From a virus (lineage: Duplodnaviria > Caudoviricetes): a stretch of 48,553 nucleotides of DNA. The stretch's first letter is position 1; each line of letters opens with the position of its first letter. The notes under the pieces were generated by a model. That model was given only the letters and a program-made list of their open reading frames with translations, searched no databases and was not told the DNA's origin. The stretch is from positions 1 through 48,553 of the IMG/VR virus record IMGVR_UViG_3300010376_000048; one strand, written 5' to 3'. This document shows positions 17,969 to 29,000 of the stretch, in pieces. The translations under genes were made by a program, and so were the position numbers.

Positions 17969-18690
17969 CCACCGACGTTGACATCGCCAACCGGGCCCTT
18001 CAGCTGGTCGGCACGCGCACGACGATAGCTTCGTTAAGTGACAACACTAACGAGGCTATCCAGTGCAACCTGTGCTACACCGCTATCCGCGATTGGTGCC
18101 ATTCGATCGAGAACTGGAACTTCGCGCGGAAGACCGTTGCGTTGGCCTCCGCAAAGAGCGTAGCGTTGCCGATTGGCACTTGGACCACGGCTTCACCCGC
18201 GCCACCTTGGTTGAATGAGTACACAGTCCCTGGGGATTTCATTCGGGCGATCTACGTCACGAACATGAACCATAACAACAACCCAGCGACCTCGTATGAT
18301 GGTGAGCCCCAAAGATTCGCGGTGGCGACCGACACCATTGCTGCCTTGCAGCAAGAGGTGATTCTTACCAATCAGGGCAACGCTATCCTCACCTACACCT
18401 CTCGGGTGAGTGACCCGACCCTGTGGCCGTTGTTCTTTGAACGGGTTGTGGTTTCTGCCGTTGCACGGACCATTTGCCTTGCACTGACGCAATCGATGCA
18501 GTTGTTTAAGATCTTGGAAGAGAACGCAATCATGATGATAACCCAAGGGGTCCTCCTCAATCGAGCTGAAGGCCTGGCCTTTGAGGATACCACTCCGGAA
18601 TGGGTGAACGCTCGGGGGATTGTCTTCCCTGAGCGGCAGATGAAGGTGATTAAGGCTGTCGATGGAGATAGCGATGGTGGCAAGCGTTGA
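17965..18690 (+). CDS. Tail adaptor / tail tubular protein A, paralog 1
   Basis: DVDIANRAL..VG, WNFARKTVAL, W..EY..P.DFIR, DPTLW...F. Confidence 0.85.
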   Translation: MTTDVDIANRALQLVGTRTTIASLSDNTNEAIQCNLCYTAIRDWCHSIENWNFARKTVALASAKSVALPIGTWTTASPAPPWLNEYTVPGDFIRAIYVTNMNHNNNPATSYDGEPQRFAVATDTIAALQQEVILTNQGNAILTYTSRVSDPTLWPLFFERVVVSAVARTICLALTQSMQLFKILEENAIMMITQGVLLNRAEGLAFEDTTPEWVNARGIVFPERQMKVIKAVDGDSDGGKR

Positions 18691-19423
18691 TATCGCAAAT
18701 CGAGCATTGATCCTGGCTGGATCGGAGGTCTTGCTTCCAGCGCTGACGCAGGACTCAATGGAGGCGAAGACCCTCAACCTTGTCTACCAACCCCTCATCG
18801 ACTATTGCCACACCTTGACAAACTGGAACTTCGCGAGGAAAACTGTGGCGTTGACGGTGAGCAAATCACTTCCTGCCCCACCGCTGCCAAGTTGGGGCGC
18901 ATCGACCATGCCTTCGCCTCCGTGGCAATTTGAGTACCTTCTCCCGACGGACTTCATCAAGGCCCAGTACGTCACCAACCAGGCCAACGTGAACAACCCC
19001 GCGAGGTACGATGGTGAACCCCAACGGGGCCAGGTGGTCATGATCAACACCGGGACCCCACAGTTGGTGGTTCTGACCAATCAGACCTTGGCCTTGCTGG
19101 TGTACACCGCGAGGATTCTGGACCCGACGCAGTGGTCGCCATACTTCACTCAGCTGGCGGTGGAGGTGCTTGCAGCGGAGATTGCCCTGTCTATCTCCAA
19201 GAGCCTTGAGCTTCGTGCACATCTTCGGCAGGTTTCGCAAGAGACCATTGCCTTCGCGATCATGGCGAACAAGGCTGAGGGCCTGATCACCGACGATACC
19301 ACGCCCGAATGGATCGATGCTCGGGGCATTGGGTATCCGTTCAACCAGGGTGACCCGAGACTTGGGGTGCGGACTCCGCTGGCGTTTATGAGGGAGCCTC
19401 AACGCAATGACCGTGGACGTTGA
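18674..19423 (+). CDS. Tail adaptor / tail tubular protein A, paralog 2
   Basis: VDIANRAL, WNFARKTVAL, PPWQFEYLLPTDFI, YDGEPQR, DTTPEWIDARG shared with paralog 1. Confidence 0.85.
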   Translation: MVASVDIANRALILAGSEVLLPALTQDSMEAKTLNLVYQPLIDYCHTLTNWNFARKTVALTVSKSLPAPPLPSWGASTMPSPPWQFEYLLPTDFIKAQYVTNQANVNNPARYDGEPQRGQVVMINTGTPQLVVLTNQTLALLVYTARILDPTQWSPYFTQLAVEVLAAEIALSISKSLELRAHLRQVSQETIAFAIMANKAEGLITDDTTPEWIDARGIGYPFNQGDPRLGVRTPLAFMREPQRNDRGR

Positions 19424-20450
19424 CATCTGCAATCGGGCGCTGGTGGCGATTGGTTGGCCTGGGGTTATCCCTTCGATGACCCAGGATAGTGAGGCCGCGC
19501 AGACCTGTAACCTCGTCTACGCTGCCCTGAGGGATGAGCTGATCCGGCTGGCGCCTTGGAACTGCGCCAAGACCATGGCGAATCTTCAGTTCCTTACCGC
19601 TGTGCCTGGAACACCAGAGAACCCAACTATCGGTACGACTACTTGGCAGAAGCAGTTCCCTGCTCCACCTTGGACTTACGAATACCTCCTTCCGATTGAT
19701 TTGATCCGAGCCCTCTACGTTGTTCCGCAGTACCCAACGGGGTTCTCCGGGGGGATACCGATTACCACTGCGGTGACCGGAGGCATCCCGACGTTTTGGA
19801 ATGGCCCTCCGGTGAGGTTCAATGTGGCTATGGATCAGCCGATCTACACCACTGCTGCCGCGCCTGCTAATATGGGGCAGAATTATAAGGTTGGCGACAA
19901 CATTATCCTTGCTCAGCCAACAGGCATCGATGTGCCTTCGATTCTTACCGTCACCAGCGTGGGCCCTAGCGGGTCGGTGACTTCAGTTGCTCTATACATG
20001 CGCGGTAGCTACAGTGCCACTCCGGTTGGCCCTCAGGCCCAAGGTTCGACGACTGGTGGAGGAACCGGGGCAACCTTCAACCTTACCGTGACCGCTGGGG
20101 TTGACACCAAGGTCCTCCTCACCAACCAAGAGTTCGCCATCCTTGCCTACCTCAAGCGCGTGACCGATCCGAATCAGTGGGATAGTCAGTTCCAGGAAGC
20201 TATGATCTCTGCTTTGGCTTCGCGGATCGCTTTGCCCTTGATGAAGGACCTCAACCTTGCCGAGGCAAAGCTCAAGGACGCCAACATGCGTATTGGCGTG
20301 GCCAGGCAGGGCGATGGGAACGAGGGCCTCACCATCAACAACGTCGATCCGGATTGGATTCGGATCCGGGGCATCGACTATCCGCTGGACTATGGGTGGA
20401 CCCCAAATATGAACGCCCCGTTTGACTGGGGCATGATGCTGACGATGTAA
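19407..20450 (+). CDS. Tail adaptor / tail tubular protein A, paralog 3, with ~90-aa inserted beta domain
   Basis: DVDICNRAL, PWNCAK, PPWTYEYLLPIDLIR, PDWIRIRG; insertion GQNYKVGD...LTVTSV...GGGTGATFNLT. Confidence 0.85.
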   Translation: MTVDVDICNRALVAIGWPGVIPSMTQDSEAAQTCNLVYAALRDELIRLAPWNCAKTMANLQFLTAVPGTPENPTIGTTTWQKQFPAPPWTYEYLLPIDLIRALYVVPQYPTGFSGGIPITTAVTGGIPTFWNGPPVRFNVAMDQPIYTTAAAPANMGQNYKVGDNIILAQPTGIDVPSILTVTSVGPSGSVTSVALYMRGSYSATPVGPQAQGSTTGGGTGATFNLTVTAGVDTKVLLTNQEFAILAYLKRVTDPNQWDSQFQEAMISALASRIALPLMKDLNLAEAKLKDANMRIGVARQGDGNEGLTINNVDPDWIRIRGIDYPLDYGWTPNMNAPFDWGMMLTM

Positions 20451-22735
20451 TGAGCAGCAATTCGATCCAGCCTGACTTCTCTGCGGGCGAGCTTTCCCCG
20501 CAGCTTTTCGCTCGGGTGGATTTGAAGCAGTACCACCTTGGCGCTGCGAAGATGCTCAATTTCTTCGTCGACTTTAGGTCCGGAGCTTCGACGCGACCAG
20601 GGACGAAGTACATCGCCAACTCTGCGGATCAGACCGTTGGAGGGCAACGCGCGAGGCTCTTTCCCTTTCAGGTCACCGATGTTCAGGGCTATGTTCTTGA
20701 GTTCACCAACCTGGCTTTGAACATCTACAAGAACGGGGTTCTGCTTGCTGGGGCTTCGGCCAGCCCTATTACCACGCCCTACGTTACTGCGGATTTATTC
20801 ACCCTTAAGTTCGCGCAGCGAGCAAATACCCTTATTATCACCCACGTAAATTACCCAGCGAAGATTCTCACCTACACCAGCGACACCGTTTGGTCCCTAG
20901 CGAACATCACCTATGGAGCAACCCTTCCGACTGTTCCATTTGCTGGTGAGACTACTGGTCTTGGCACTTACCCAGCCAATAACGGATTGCCTGGTTCGCA
21001 GTCCAATCTTCAAATGGCCTTTGTGGTTGTTGGTACAAGGGCATTGGCAACAGTGCAGTTTAACTACATCGTTTGTGCAGTTGATGCTAATGGTCAGGAG
21101 GGCCCGGGTAGACCTATTATTGGTTCGCTTGCAACGAGTGGTGATATTGTTGGCATAACCATATACCTAAATTGGTATGCAATTCCTGGAGCGGTTGCTT
21201 ACAATGTTTATAAAGCTCCCCCACAATACTATGCTACCGGTATAGCCGGCACTACGCAAGGGTTTGGTTTCCTTGCATCGGTAAATCAGCCGTCACCGGT
21301 TAACACCGTTCCAGCTACAGCAACCTTGGTTTCTTACACCGACACCTATCCGCAGACTCCGAATACCCAGATCGGCACCGACCCCAACTACGCGGAGACA
21401 CCTCCGATCATCGTCACCGATCCATTCAATGGGACTGGCAACCCAGCAGTTTGTGCCTTCTACGATCAGCGGCTTTGGTTTGGGGCGACTGGAGCGCCCG
21501 GGTCGCCAACGGGCTCTCCGCAGACAGTCTGGGCCAGTCAGCCAGGAGCTTACACTGGTTCATTCTTCAACTTCAACTACTCCAATCCCATCCAAGAAGA
21601 CGACGCCATCACCGCGACCTTGGTGTCGAAGGAACTTTCGACGATTAAGCACTTCACCCCGATGTCAGATGGCCTGCTGACCTTCTCTGCCCATGGGGCG
21701 TGGAAGATTACTGGAGGAGCGGCCTTGGCAGCCATCACTCCGGTTAACATTGCCGCGAAGCCCCAAGCTTATAATGGCGCAAGTGATCTGATTCCGATTG
21801 TGATTGAATACGACGTTCTCTACGGTCAGGCTAAGCAATCCATCGTTCGTGACATTGCCTATAGCTTCTACCAGGCGAATTACTTCGGGGAGGATATCTG
21901 TTGGCAATCGAACCAGCTGTTCTTCGGAGCCAAGCTTACTGACTGGGATTACGCTGAGGAGCCATTTAAGATCGTTTGGGTTGTTCGGAATGACGGGGCA
22001 ATGTTAAGCCTGACCTTCGTCAAGACCATGGGGATTGTTGGTTGGGCGGCGCACAATACCCAAGGCTTGTTCCAGGCGGTGGCGGTGGTTACCGAGACTG
22101 CTCCGGACGGAACCCTTGTCGACGCTGTCTACGTTGAGGTTTGGCGCTCAGGAGCTAGCCCACCTGCTAGGTACATCGAAAGGCTTATGGAACGGACCTT
22201 CCCGACGATTAGCGACTGCTGGTGTCTTGATGCCGCGAAGCTATACGTTGGGGCTCCGATAACCGTCGTTACTGGCTTGGGGCATCTTAATGGAATGTTG
22301 GTGAACGCCCTTGCCGATGGGGTCGTCTATAATAGCCTGACGGTGTCTGGTGGCTCGGTGACCATACCCGGCCCTGCTGCGTCTAAGATTTTGGTTGGCC
22401 TTGCCTTTACATGTCAACTCCAGACGATACCACTGGATCTTGGCAACCCTACGGTTCAGGCCAAGCTGAAGAAGATTCCGAGGATGACGATGCAGTTGAA
22501 GGAGGCCTCAAGATTGGAGGTCGGCCGGACCTTCAGCAACATGGTGTTCATGAACGAGTTCTCCCCACCCACCTTGTGGCCTACCAATAGCCTGTTCACC
22601 GGAACCATCCCAGTGACACTCGACTCGTTGTGGGATGTTCCCGGTCAGGTCTGCATCCGCCAGGCCCAACCTTACCCAGCAACCGTCCTTGGGGTGACCC
22701 TTGAGGACGAAATAGGGAGTGATTGGGAAAAATGA
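20450..22735 (+). CDS. Tail nozzle / tail tubular protein B
   Basis: Q.DFSAGELSP.L.ARVDL..Y, N..V...GA..RPGT, FYDQRL.F, W..RNDG, GW..H. Confidence 0.9.
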   Translation: MSSNSIQPDFSAGELSPQLFARVDLKQYHLGAAKMLNFFVDFRSGASTRPGTKYIANSADQTVGGQRARLFPFQVTDVQGYVLEFTNLALNIYKNGVLLAGASASPITTPYVTADLFTLKFAQRANTLIITHVNYPAKILTYTSDTVWSLANITYGATLPTVPFAGETTGLGTYPANNGLPGSQSNLQMAFVVVGTRALATVQFNYIVCAVDANGQEGPGRPIIGSLATSGDIVGITIYLNWYAIPGAVAYNVYKAPPQYYATGIAGTTQGFGFLASVNQPSPVNTVPATATLVSYTDTYPQTPNTQIGTDPNYAETPPIIVTDPFNGTGNPAVCAFYDQRLWFGATGAPGSPTGSPQTVWASQPGAYTGSFFNFNYSNPIQEDDAITATLVSKELSTIKHFTPMSDGLLTFSAHGAWKITGGAALAAITPVNIAAKPQAYNGASDLIPIVIEYDVLYGQAKQSIVRDIAYSFYQANYFGEDICWQSNQLFFGAKLTDWDYAEEPFKIVWVVRNDGAMLSLTFVKTMGIVGWAAHNTQGLFQAVAVVTETAPDGTLVDAVYVEVWRSGASPPARYIERLMERTFPTISDCWCLDAAKLYVGAPITVVTGLGHLNGMLVNALADGVVYNSLTVSGGSVTIPGPAASKILVGLAFTCQLQTIPLDLGNPTVQAKLKKIPRMTMQLKEASRLEVGRTFSNMVFMNEFSPPTLWPTNSLFTGTIPVTLDSLWDVPGQVCIRQAQPYPATVLGVTLEDEIGSDWEK

Positions 22736-23154
22736 GAACCAAAATCATTCCTGCGCAGAAGGTCGACCTTAGGGACCTAATATCTCGGAGTCCAGTGGCC
22801 AACATGGTTGGTGCTGAGGCTACGTTGGCAAGGTGTATCAAAAGCTCTGAGATATGGTGGGCCGGGTTCGTCGATGATCGGGTAGCCTGTGTATGGGGCC
22901 TGGTCCGCCCCTCGATCTTGGTGAACTCGGCCTACCTCTGGCTCATTACCACCGATTTGGTCAAAGAGCACACGTTCATGTTCGTTAGGCGAAGTCAGAT
23001 CGAAGTGGCGAAGATGCTTGAGGTCTGCGATGAAATCATTGGGGATTGCATCCTTGGCGACTATCGGGCCATGAGGTGGTTGAGGTGGCTTGGGGCCGAG
23101 TTCTCTGATCCTGTTGGAGGCCGGGTTCCATTTAGGATTGTGAAGCATGGCTGA
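22732..23154 (+). CDS. GNAT-like internal virion protein A (T7 gp13-like position)
   Basis: G.VD..VACVWG, YLWLITT, RAMRWLRWLGAEF motif after the nozzle gene. Confidence 0.7.
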   Translation: MRTKIIPAQKVDLRDLISRSPVANMVGAEATLARCIKSSEIWWAGFVDDRVACVWGLVRPSILVNSAYLWLITTDLVKEHTFMFVRRSQIEVAKMLEVCDEIIGDCILGDYRAMRWLRWLGAEFSDPVGGRVPFRIVKHG

Positions 23155-23752
23155 TCCGGTATCGCTGGCGGCCCTGGCTGGGGCTTCTGCTTTGGTGAAG
23201 GCTGGGGGAGACATCTTCTCTGGTCAAGCGCAAGCTGCGACTGCGACATATCAGGCTGGTTTGGCGACAATCAACCAAAACATCGCTAAGCAGAACGCTT
23301 CCTATGCACTGGCTGTTGGGGAAGTTCAAGCTCAACAGTCGGGAATGAAGACCCGCGCGGAAGTCGGCACGACTAGGGCTACGCAGGCGTCAAGTGGGCT
23401 TGCGGTTGACACCGGGACCGCTGAGAAGGTCGTTGAAAGCGAAGAGGAGCTTGGGGCCTATAATCAGTCGCTGATCCGCAGCGACGCGGCTAAGCGGGCC
23501 TATGGCTTTGAGGTTGAGGAAACACAGCAGGTCGCTCAGCAGCATCTTTATGAAAGCGCGGCTGCAAATGCAAAGACCGCGGCCATGATTTCTGCTGTTG
23601 GGTCGATCCTTGGTGGGGCCACTTCGGTCGCGGGTAAGTTCGCTGACGCTCAGCGAGTGGCTGGTGGTATGGGCAATATGGCTGGGCCGTTTAGTAGCGC
23701 CAGCCCCAACCTGACTGGTCAATACATGCCTGGTAAAGGACTTATAGGCTAA
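23147..23752 (+). CDS. Internal virion (ejection) protein, small
   Basis: MADP start, Ala/Gln-rich helical, A.SGL..DTGT motif typical of gp14-like ejection proteins. Confidence 0.75.
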   Translation: MADPVSLAALAGASALVKAGGDIFSGQAQAATATYQAGLATINQNIAKQNASYALAVGEVQAQQSGMKTRAEVGTTRATQASSGLAVDTGTAEKVVESEEELGAYNQSLIRSDAAKRAYGFEVEETQQVAQQHLYESAAANAKTAAMISAVGSILGGATSVAGKFADAQRVAGGMGNMAGPFSSASPNLTGQYMPGKGLIG

Positions 23753-26007
23753 TGCCAGTAGTTCCACAGAATCCTTCGCATATTCCGTATTCGCCGGTTC
23801 CAGACACTCCGTCGCAGATCGGAAGGCTGGAGACCCCATCGGTTCATGAGGACGTGACTGGTGGCGCTGCATTTGGGGTTGGGATCGGCAAAGCCATTGA
23901 GGGCCTTGGCGTTGAAGGTGAGAAGGCATCGGACGAGCTTTGGAAGCGCGCGATGGCTGTTCAGGAGCTTCGGAATGAGACCGAGGCCCGTGAAGCAGCG
24001 ACCAAATATGCTCTTGGAGAGGAAGATTCCCAATCAAAATTCATGGCGAGCCTAGGCACTGATGCTTCAAACAACCTTCAAAGTCATATTCAGAACGCTG
24101 ACGCACGTCGAAAGGCAATCCGGGACAGCCTGTCGAATGACGCTGCTCGACGGATGTTCGACGCTGAGTCGTTCAACACCCTGAGATACAACGTCAACCA
24201 TGCTACCGGCCATGCTGCACAGCAACAGAAGCAGGCTTATCTTGATAGCCTTAGCTCTGAGCGGAAGGCAGCGATGGGCGTCATTGCTAGGGCTCCCAAG
24301 GACGAAGCGATGTTTCAGGAGACCTTGAAGGATGCCCAAGATAAGGCCAGGAAGGAGGCCGTTGCCCGTGGCCCGGTTGACGATCAGGTTGTGGCTCATC
24401 ATGTTGCGGATGCGACTAGTGAGGCTTGGGAGAACCGATTGAGCTCAATGGCCGACACTGATCCGTTCACCGCCAATAAGCTGTTGAATGGCAACATCAA
24501 TGTGTTTACCCATGGGGAGAAGCTTAGGGAATTAACTGAAAAGATTACCAGGAAGACCCATGAGATTGTTGGACGAAATGGGGCTTCGGCCGTCAATGCT
24601 GGGTTTGCTCCGTATATGACCCATGTTGACATTGATCGGGCCGCGGGCGTCAACAGCGCCTTGATGGAGGTCGTGAAGGAGGCCCAGCGGGCCAACCCTG
24701 ATCTTAGGTTTACCATTGGCGATCAGGGTGGCGTTCGGACCTTAGAGCAGCAGAAGGTGTTGGTCCGAAGAGGCGTTAGCAGGACCCTACAGTCCAACCA
24801 CTTGGATGGTAGAGCAATTGATCTGATCCCCATGGGCCCTGATGGTAAGCCGAACTACGACGCACCAGATTCGGAGTACCGAAAGATTATCGCTGCAATG
24901 GACGCAGCTTCGGCAAAGTTGGGGATTCCACTTGGTAAGCGGATTTCTTGGGACCTTGCGCATCATGACCTTCCGAGGGGCTACGATATCCGCAACGCCC
25001 CCAAGCCGGTGGAGGAGTCGGAGCGAAGCAGGGTAGATCGTGCTCAAAGGTGGGCTAGAGCCACGTACCCTGACGATCCTGTTATGCCTGAGGTAATGGC
25101 GGACGCGGTTAGGAAGCAGTTCCATGCCGAGAAGGAGATGGATCGGGATGATTCGAACCGTAGGGATGAAGCCTTCACATCGATGTTGATGAAATCTCCG
25201 GGAGAGATCCCAACGACCATGGAGCAGATTAGGGCGACGCCAGAGGGCAAGGACCTTTTGAACAAGGCTCCTGCTACACAGCAGAAGAAATGGCTGAACT
25301 GGCTGTCTACCATCGGCAAGCACGAGTTCGCGCCAACTGAAGAAGCCTACCGAAGGTACCGTGAACTCTCTGGGATGCTTCAATCCGACCTTAAAGAGGA
25401 CCAGGATAAGGTCCTTGATATGGGCTATGACGAGATCATGAAGGAGCATATGCCCCAGGCTTGGCGGACGCAGTTGCTTGAGCGGATGGGGAGGTTGCTT
25501 AAGAAGTCGGACGATCCGCAGCTGGCCAGCGCGATATTTTCCAAGGCGAAGACCTCCTTGGCGCCAATGATGCAGGATGCCGGCATTGATCCAAAGGATG
25601 ACAAGGAGCGGTACTGGAGGTTTATAGATGGCCTTAGGGGAGTGCTGATAGACTTCCAGCAGCAGCATAGGCGTGGGCCAAACCCAACAGAAATGGGTCA
25701 GATTGGCGCCCGGTTGATGCACGAGGAGTATGCTGGAGATTTCTTCTTTGGCCTCTTTAAGCAGCAAAGGATTCTGTCTGATATTCCGATTTCGGATGAA
25801 GTCCATGACGATATTAAGGCCCAGCTGGAGGCTGGGGGACAGACGGCAAATGAATCGTTGATCAGGCAGATCTTTATACTTAACGAGTATAAGAGAATAC
25901 ATCCCGAAGCCCTGGGAGAGAAGCCTTCACCGGCACCGAAGCGTTCGAAGTCAGAGGGTGAGGGCAGCTTAGCCATCCCGCCATTCATAACGCCTGGGGG
26001 ATTCTAA
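23752..26007 (+). CDS. Internal virion (ejection) protein with embedded M15-type peptidoglycan peptidase domain
   Basis: Helical scaffold with central GGVRTLEQQK.LV..G.S.TL.SNHLDGRAIDL...WDLAH (H-x6-D...H Zn ligands). Confidence 0.8.
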   Translation: MPVVPQNPSHIPYSPVPDTPSQIGRLETPSVHEDVTGGAAFGVGIGKAIEGLGVEGEKASDELWKRAMAVQELRNETEAREAATKYALGEEDSQSKFMASLGTDASNNLQSHIQNADARRKAIRDSLSNDAARRMFDAESFNTLRYNVNHATGHAAQQQKQAYLDSLSSERKAAMGVIARAPKDEAMFQETLKDAQDKARKEAVARGPVDDQVVAHHVADATSEAWENRLSSMADTDPFTANKLLNGNINVFTHGEKLRELTEKITRKTHEIVGRNGASAVNAGFAPYMTHVDIDRAAGVNSALMEVVKEAQRANPDLRFTIGDQGGVRTLEQQKVLVRRGVSRTLQSNHLDGRAIDLIPMGPDGKPNYDAPDSEYRKIIAAMDAASAKLGIPLGKRISWDLAHHDLPRGYDIRNAPKPVEESERSRVDRAQRWARATYPDDPVMPEVMADAVRKQFHAEKEMDRDDSNRRDEAFTSMLMKSPGEIPTTMEQIRATPEGKDLLNKAPATQQKKWLNWLSTIGKHEFAPTEEAYRRYRELSGMLQSDLKEDQDKVLDMGYDEIMKEHMPQAWRTQLLERMGRLLKKSDDPQLASAIFSKAKTSLAPMMQDAGIDPKDDKERYWRFIDGLRGVLIDFQQQHRRGPNPTEMGQIGARLMHEEYAGDFFFGLFKQQRILSDIPISDEVHDDIKAQLEAGGQTANESLIRQIFILNEYKRIHPEALGEKPSPAPKRSKSEGEGSLAIPPFITPGGF

Positions 26008-29000
26008 ATGGCCGATTATAGCGAAGCGATCAAAACACTCACCGGTCAGCAGAACCGTTCTGCCAGGATGAGTGTTATGGACTCTGTTGACGCCAATCCT
26101 GACGAGGCTGCTGAGTCGGTAGCTATAAGCAACGCCACTGGGGTTCCATCGACGGCCGTTTATGGGGACTTCGATGAGTTCAATAGGAACTATCGGGGCC
26201 ATATTGGGGCTAACGTTGTTGAGGCTGATCCAGATTTAGTTAGCTACATCAATTCCCATCCTTTGGCAAGTAAGGTCTCTAAGGGAGATTTGGCGAACCT
26301 TGCGGAGGTTTCTAGGAGCTTCAACGCGATGTACCCGTCAGCGGGCCAAAAGTCCCAAAGCGTGATGGGGGAGATCATCGACCAGTGGCAGCGTGTTGGG
26401 GCGCCACGAGGGCAATGGATGTTGCAGAATCCGAGTGACATAGAGTTCTGGGCCGACCATCCGCAGACATACAAATCATTTGCTTTAGCGGGCGCTCCTT
26501 TGGAGAGTGCCGCGCGGACTATGCAGGCCCTAACCGAGACTGGTGGCACCCTTGCTGGCGCTCTTTATAGTGCCGTCACCGGTGACAGGACAACTGGGGA
26601 TTGGATTAGGGCTCATGGCGCAGATGTCTTGATGGACCCAGGGGTCCAGGCTTCCCTTGGACCACTTGGGATGCTTTTGCCGAAGCGGGTCATGCCACTT
26701 CGAATGGATGTTCAACCCTCGTTGAAGGTCCTCACCGACCATCTTAAGATTGGTTCGCCATGGGTTGCCGCTGGGGAAGAACCGCCACCTCGAATTGGCC
26801 CTTTTTGGGACTACGCTAAAATCCAGCAGGCGGCCCTAGATGCGGCGAATTATGACAAGATCAGCAAGAACGTTAAGAAGAGTTCGACGTATAAAATTAG
26901 CCCGGAAATGTTTCAGAACTTCCTCAGGACGAAAGCCTCGGGGACCATTGAAATCCCCGTTGATGCAATTCGTGATCTATATGGCGCAGAGGAAGAACCT
27001 CATCCTCAAGATGGCAAACTTGGATGGATATCGGATCTTAAGCAGCAGATCGATGCCGTTGCACCGGTTAGAGGATACGTTACGGTGGCGGCTCAAGAGT
27101 GGCATGCGAAGGTCCCCAAGGAAGTCGAAGAGGCCTTGAAGTTGGATTTGCTGTTTAGGCCTGAAGGGCTGACTGAGAATCAGGCGAAGGTTAGGGAAAA
27201 GGAGATTCCGAAGGAAGTTGAGGAGATGGCTAAGGAGCCTGTTCCTGTTGGGGAGCCAGCGCAGCCAGAACTGCCGCTTGGTGAGCCGCCAACTCGGTCT
27301 GAAGTCGTTGGTCAGAAGGTCGCCAACGCAATCGAGATGGTCGAACGATCGGCAGGGCTCGACAAGGGCCTCTTCGCCCCAGAGCGGAACCGGCTTGCGG
27401 CTATTAAGAAAGAACTGACCGTTTGGCAACGGGCGCTGGACTTTGGGCTGACCGCGAAGCAGGCGAAGAAGTACATCCAGCGGATTGCGGAGCAGGTTGA
27501 CTCAGATCGTCAAGCACAGTTGAACGCGGTTGTAGCTGACATTGAGCTGAGGAAGACCGCAGAATGGCAGAAGAACGAAGAGAAGGTTCGAGAGGAAGTC
27601 GAGGGGAAGTTTGACGCCCGGCCGGACATAGCGGTGGACAACTTGCTTCGCGAAGGCATCCTGGGCGACGTTAAGCTCGGGGAGGTGCCAAAGCTGGACA
27701 TAACCAAGATTCCAGAGGAGTTGAGGAAGTCCATCCCGAAGGAGTACATGTCGAGGGATGGGTTTGATCCGCAGGATGTCGGCAATCACTTTGGGTTTAG
27801 CAACGCTCGGGCGATGCTGGAGCGGCTGGCGCAACTACATGAAGCTGGAAAGCGGCTGAGGAAGAAACCCGATGTCTACCGGAAGATGCTGATTGACGAT
27901 GAAGTCGAACGGCAGATGCAGTCGAGGTATGGGAAGCTCGACGAACAGATTCTCATGGAGGCTCAGGATCACGTCAGTTCGCTGGGGAAGATTGACATCG
28001 TTGCGGACGAAGTCTCTGCCCTATACAAGTCGATTCATGGCAGGGAGGCCTATCCACATGAACTCATTAACGAGATGCCGGTTGGAAAGAGCGCGTTGAG
28101 GGCCTGGGCGAGAGAGTCATTCGGCAAGCTTAAGCATACTGATCCTGCGGCCGACCTTCAGAGGAACCTCAATCTGGCCAGGCAACATGGGGACCAAGCG
28201 GAGCTCGTCACGAAGGAAGGCGCGGAGCCAGGCCTTTTAGAGGCGTTGAGGGCCAAGCAATCGCAGCAGGTCTCTCTTTACTACGCGATGGAAGCGAAGG
28301 CGTTGGCGAAGCGAAAGACAGATATGGAAAAGCTCGGCAAGCGGTATTACGTCCGGGAGGTTGAGGGCCGAAATCAGCAGTTCACCAACCAGATTCGGAA
28401 CATCATGGCCACGCTTGGCCTACAGTTACGGGGTGGAATGCAGGCTGTTGGGGACCTCAAGGCAGCCCTAGCCAAGGATGACCATCCGAACCTGAAGAAC
28501 TTCGTTGAGTACCACCGTTCACATCTGGATGAACTGGAGGTTGCGGACTTCCTTCAGGACCCGAGCCAGAAGCCTAAGACGTTAAGTCAGCTGACAGTGG
28601 ACGAGTTTAAGGCCGTTCACGACTCGATTAGATCGTTGGACAACAGCAGCAGGAAGTTGGATAAGATCATTAAGGAAGGTGAGGTTTCACGCGTTGAGGA
28701 CCTGGCCAAGCGGATGGCCGAGAGCCTTGAGACCTTTAAGTACATCCCGGAGGAGAAGCTGCGAAGCGGCTGGAGAAAGTTCAAGAGCACCGCCTGGAAC
28801 AGCCTGCTTCAGATGGAAGCGTTGATGCATCGCTGGGACCGTGGCGATCCCGATGGGGTGTTTACGAATTATATCTCAACCCCATTGATGGAGGCGGCCA
28901 ACAACTATGCTGCGTTGGAGAAGAAGTTCTCCGGATTGTTCAAGGCCCTGGCGGACAAAACCGACCTTAAGGAGCAGATCGACAATCCATTCTTCCGGAT

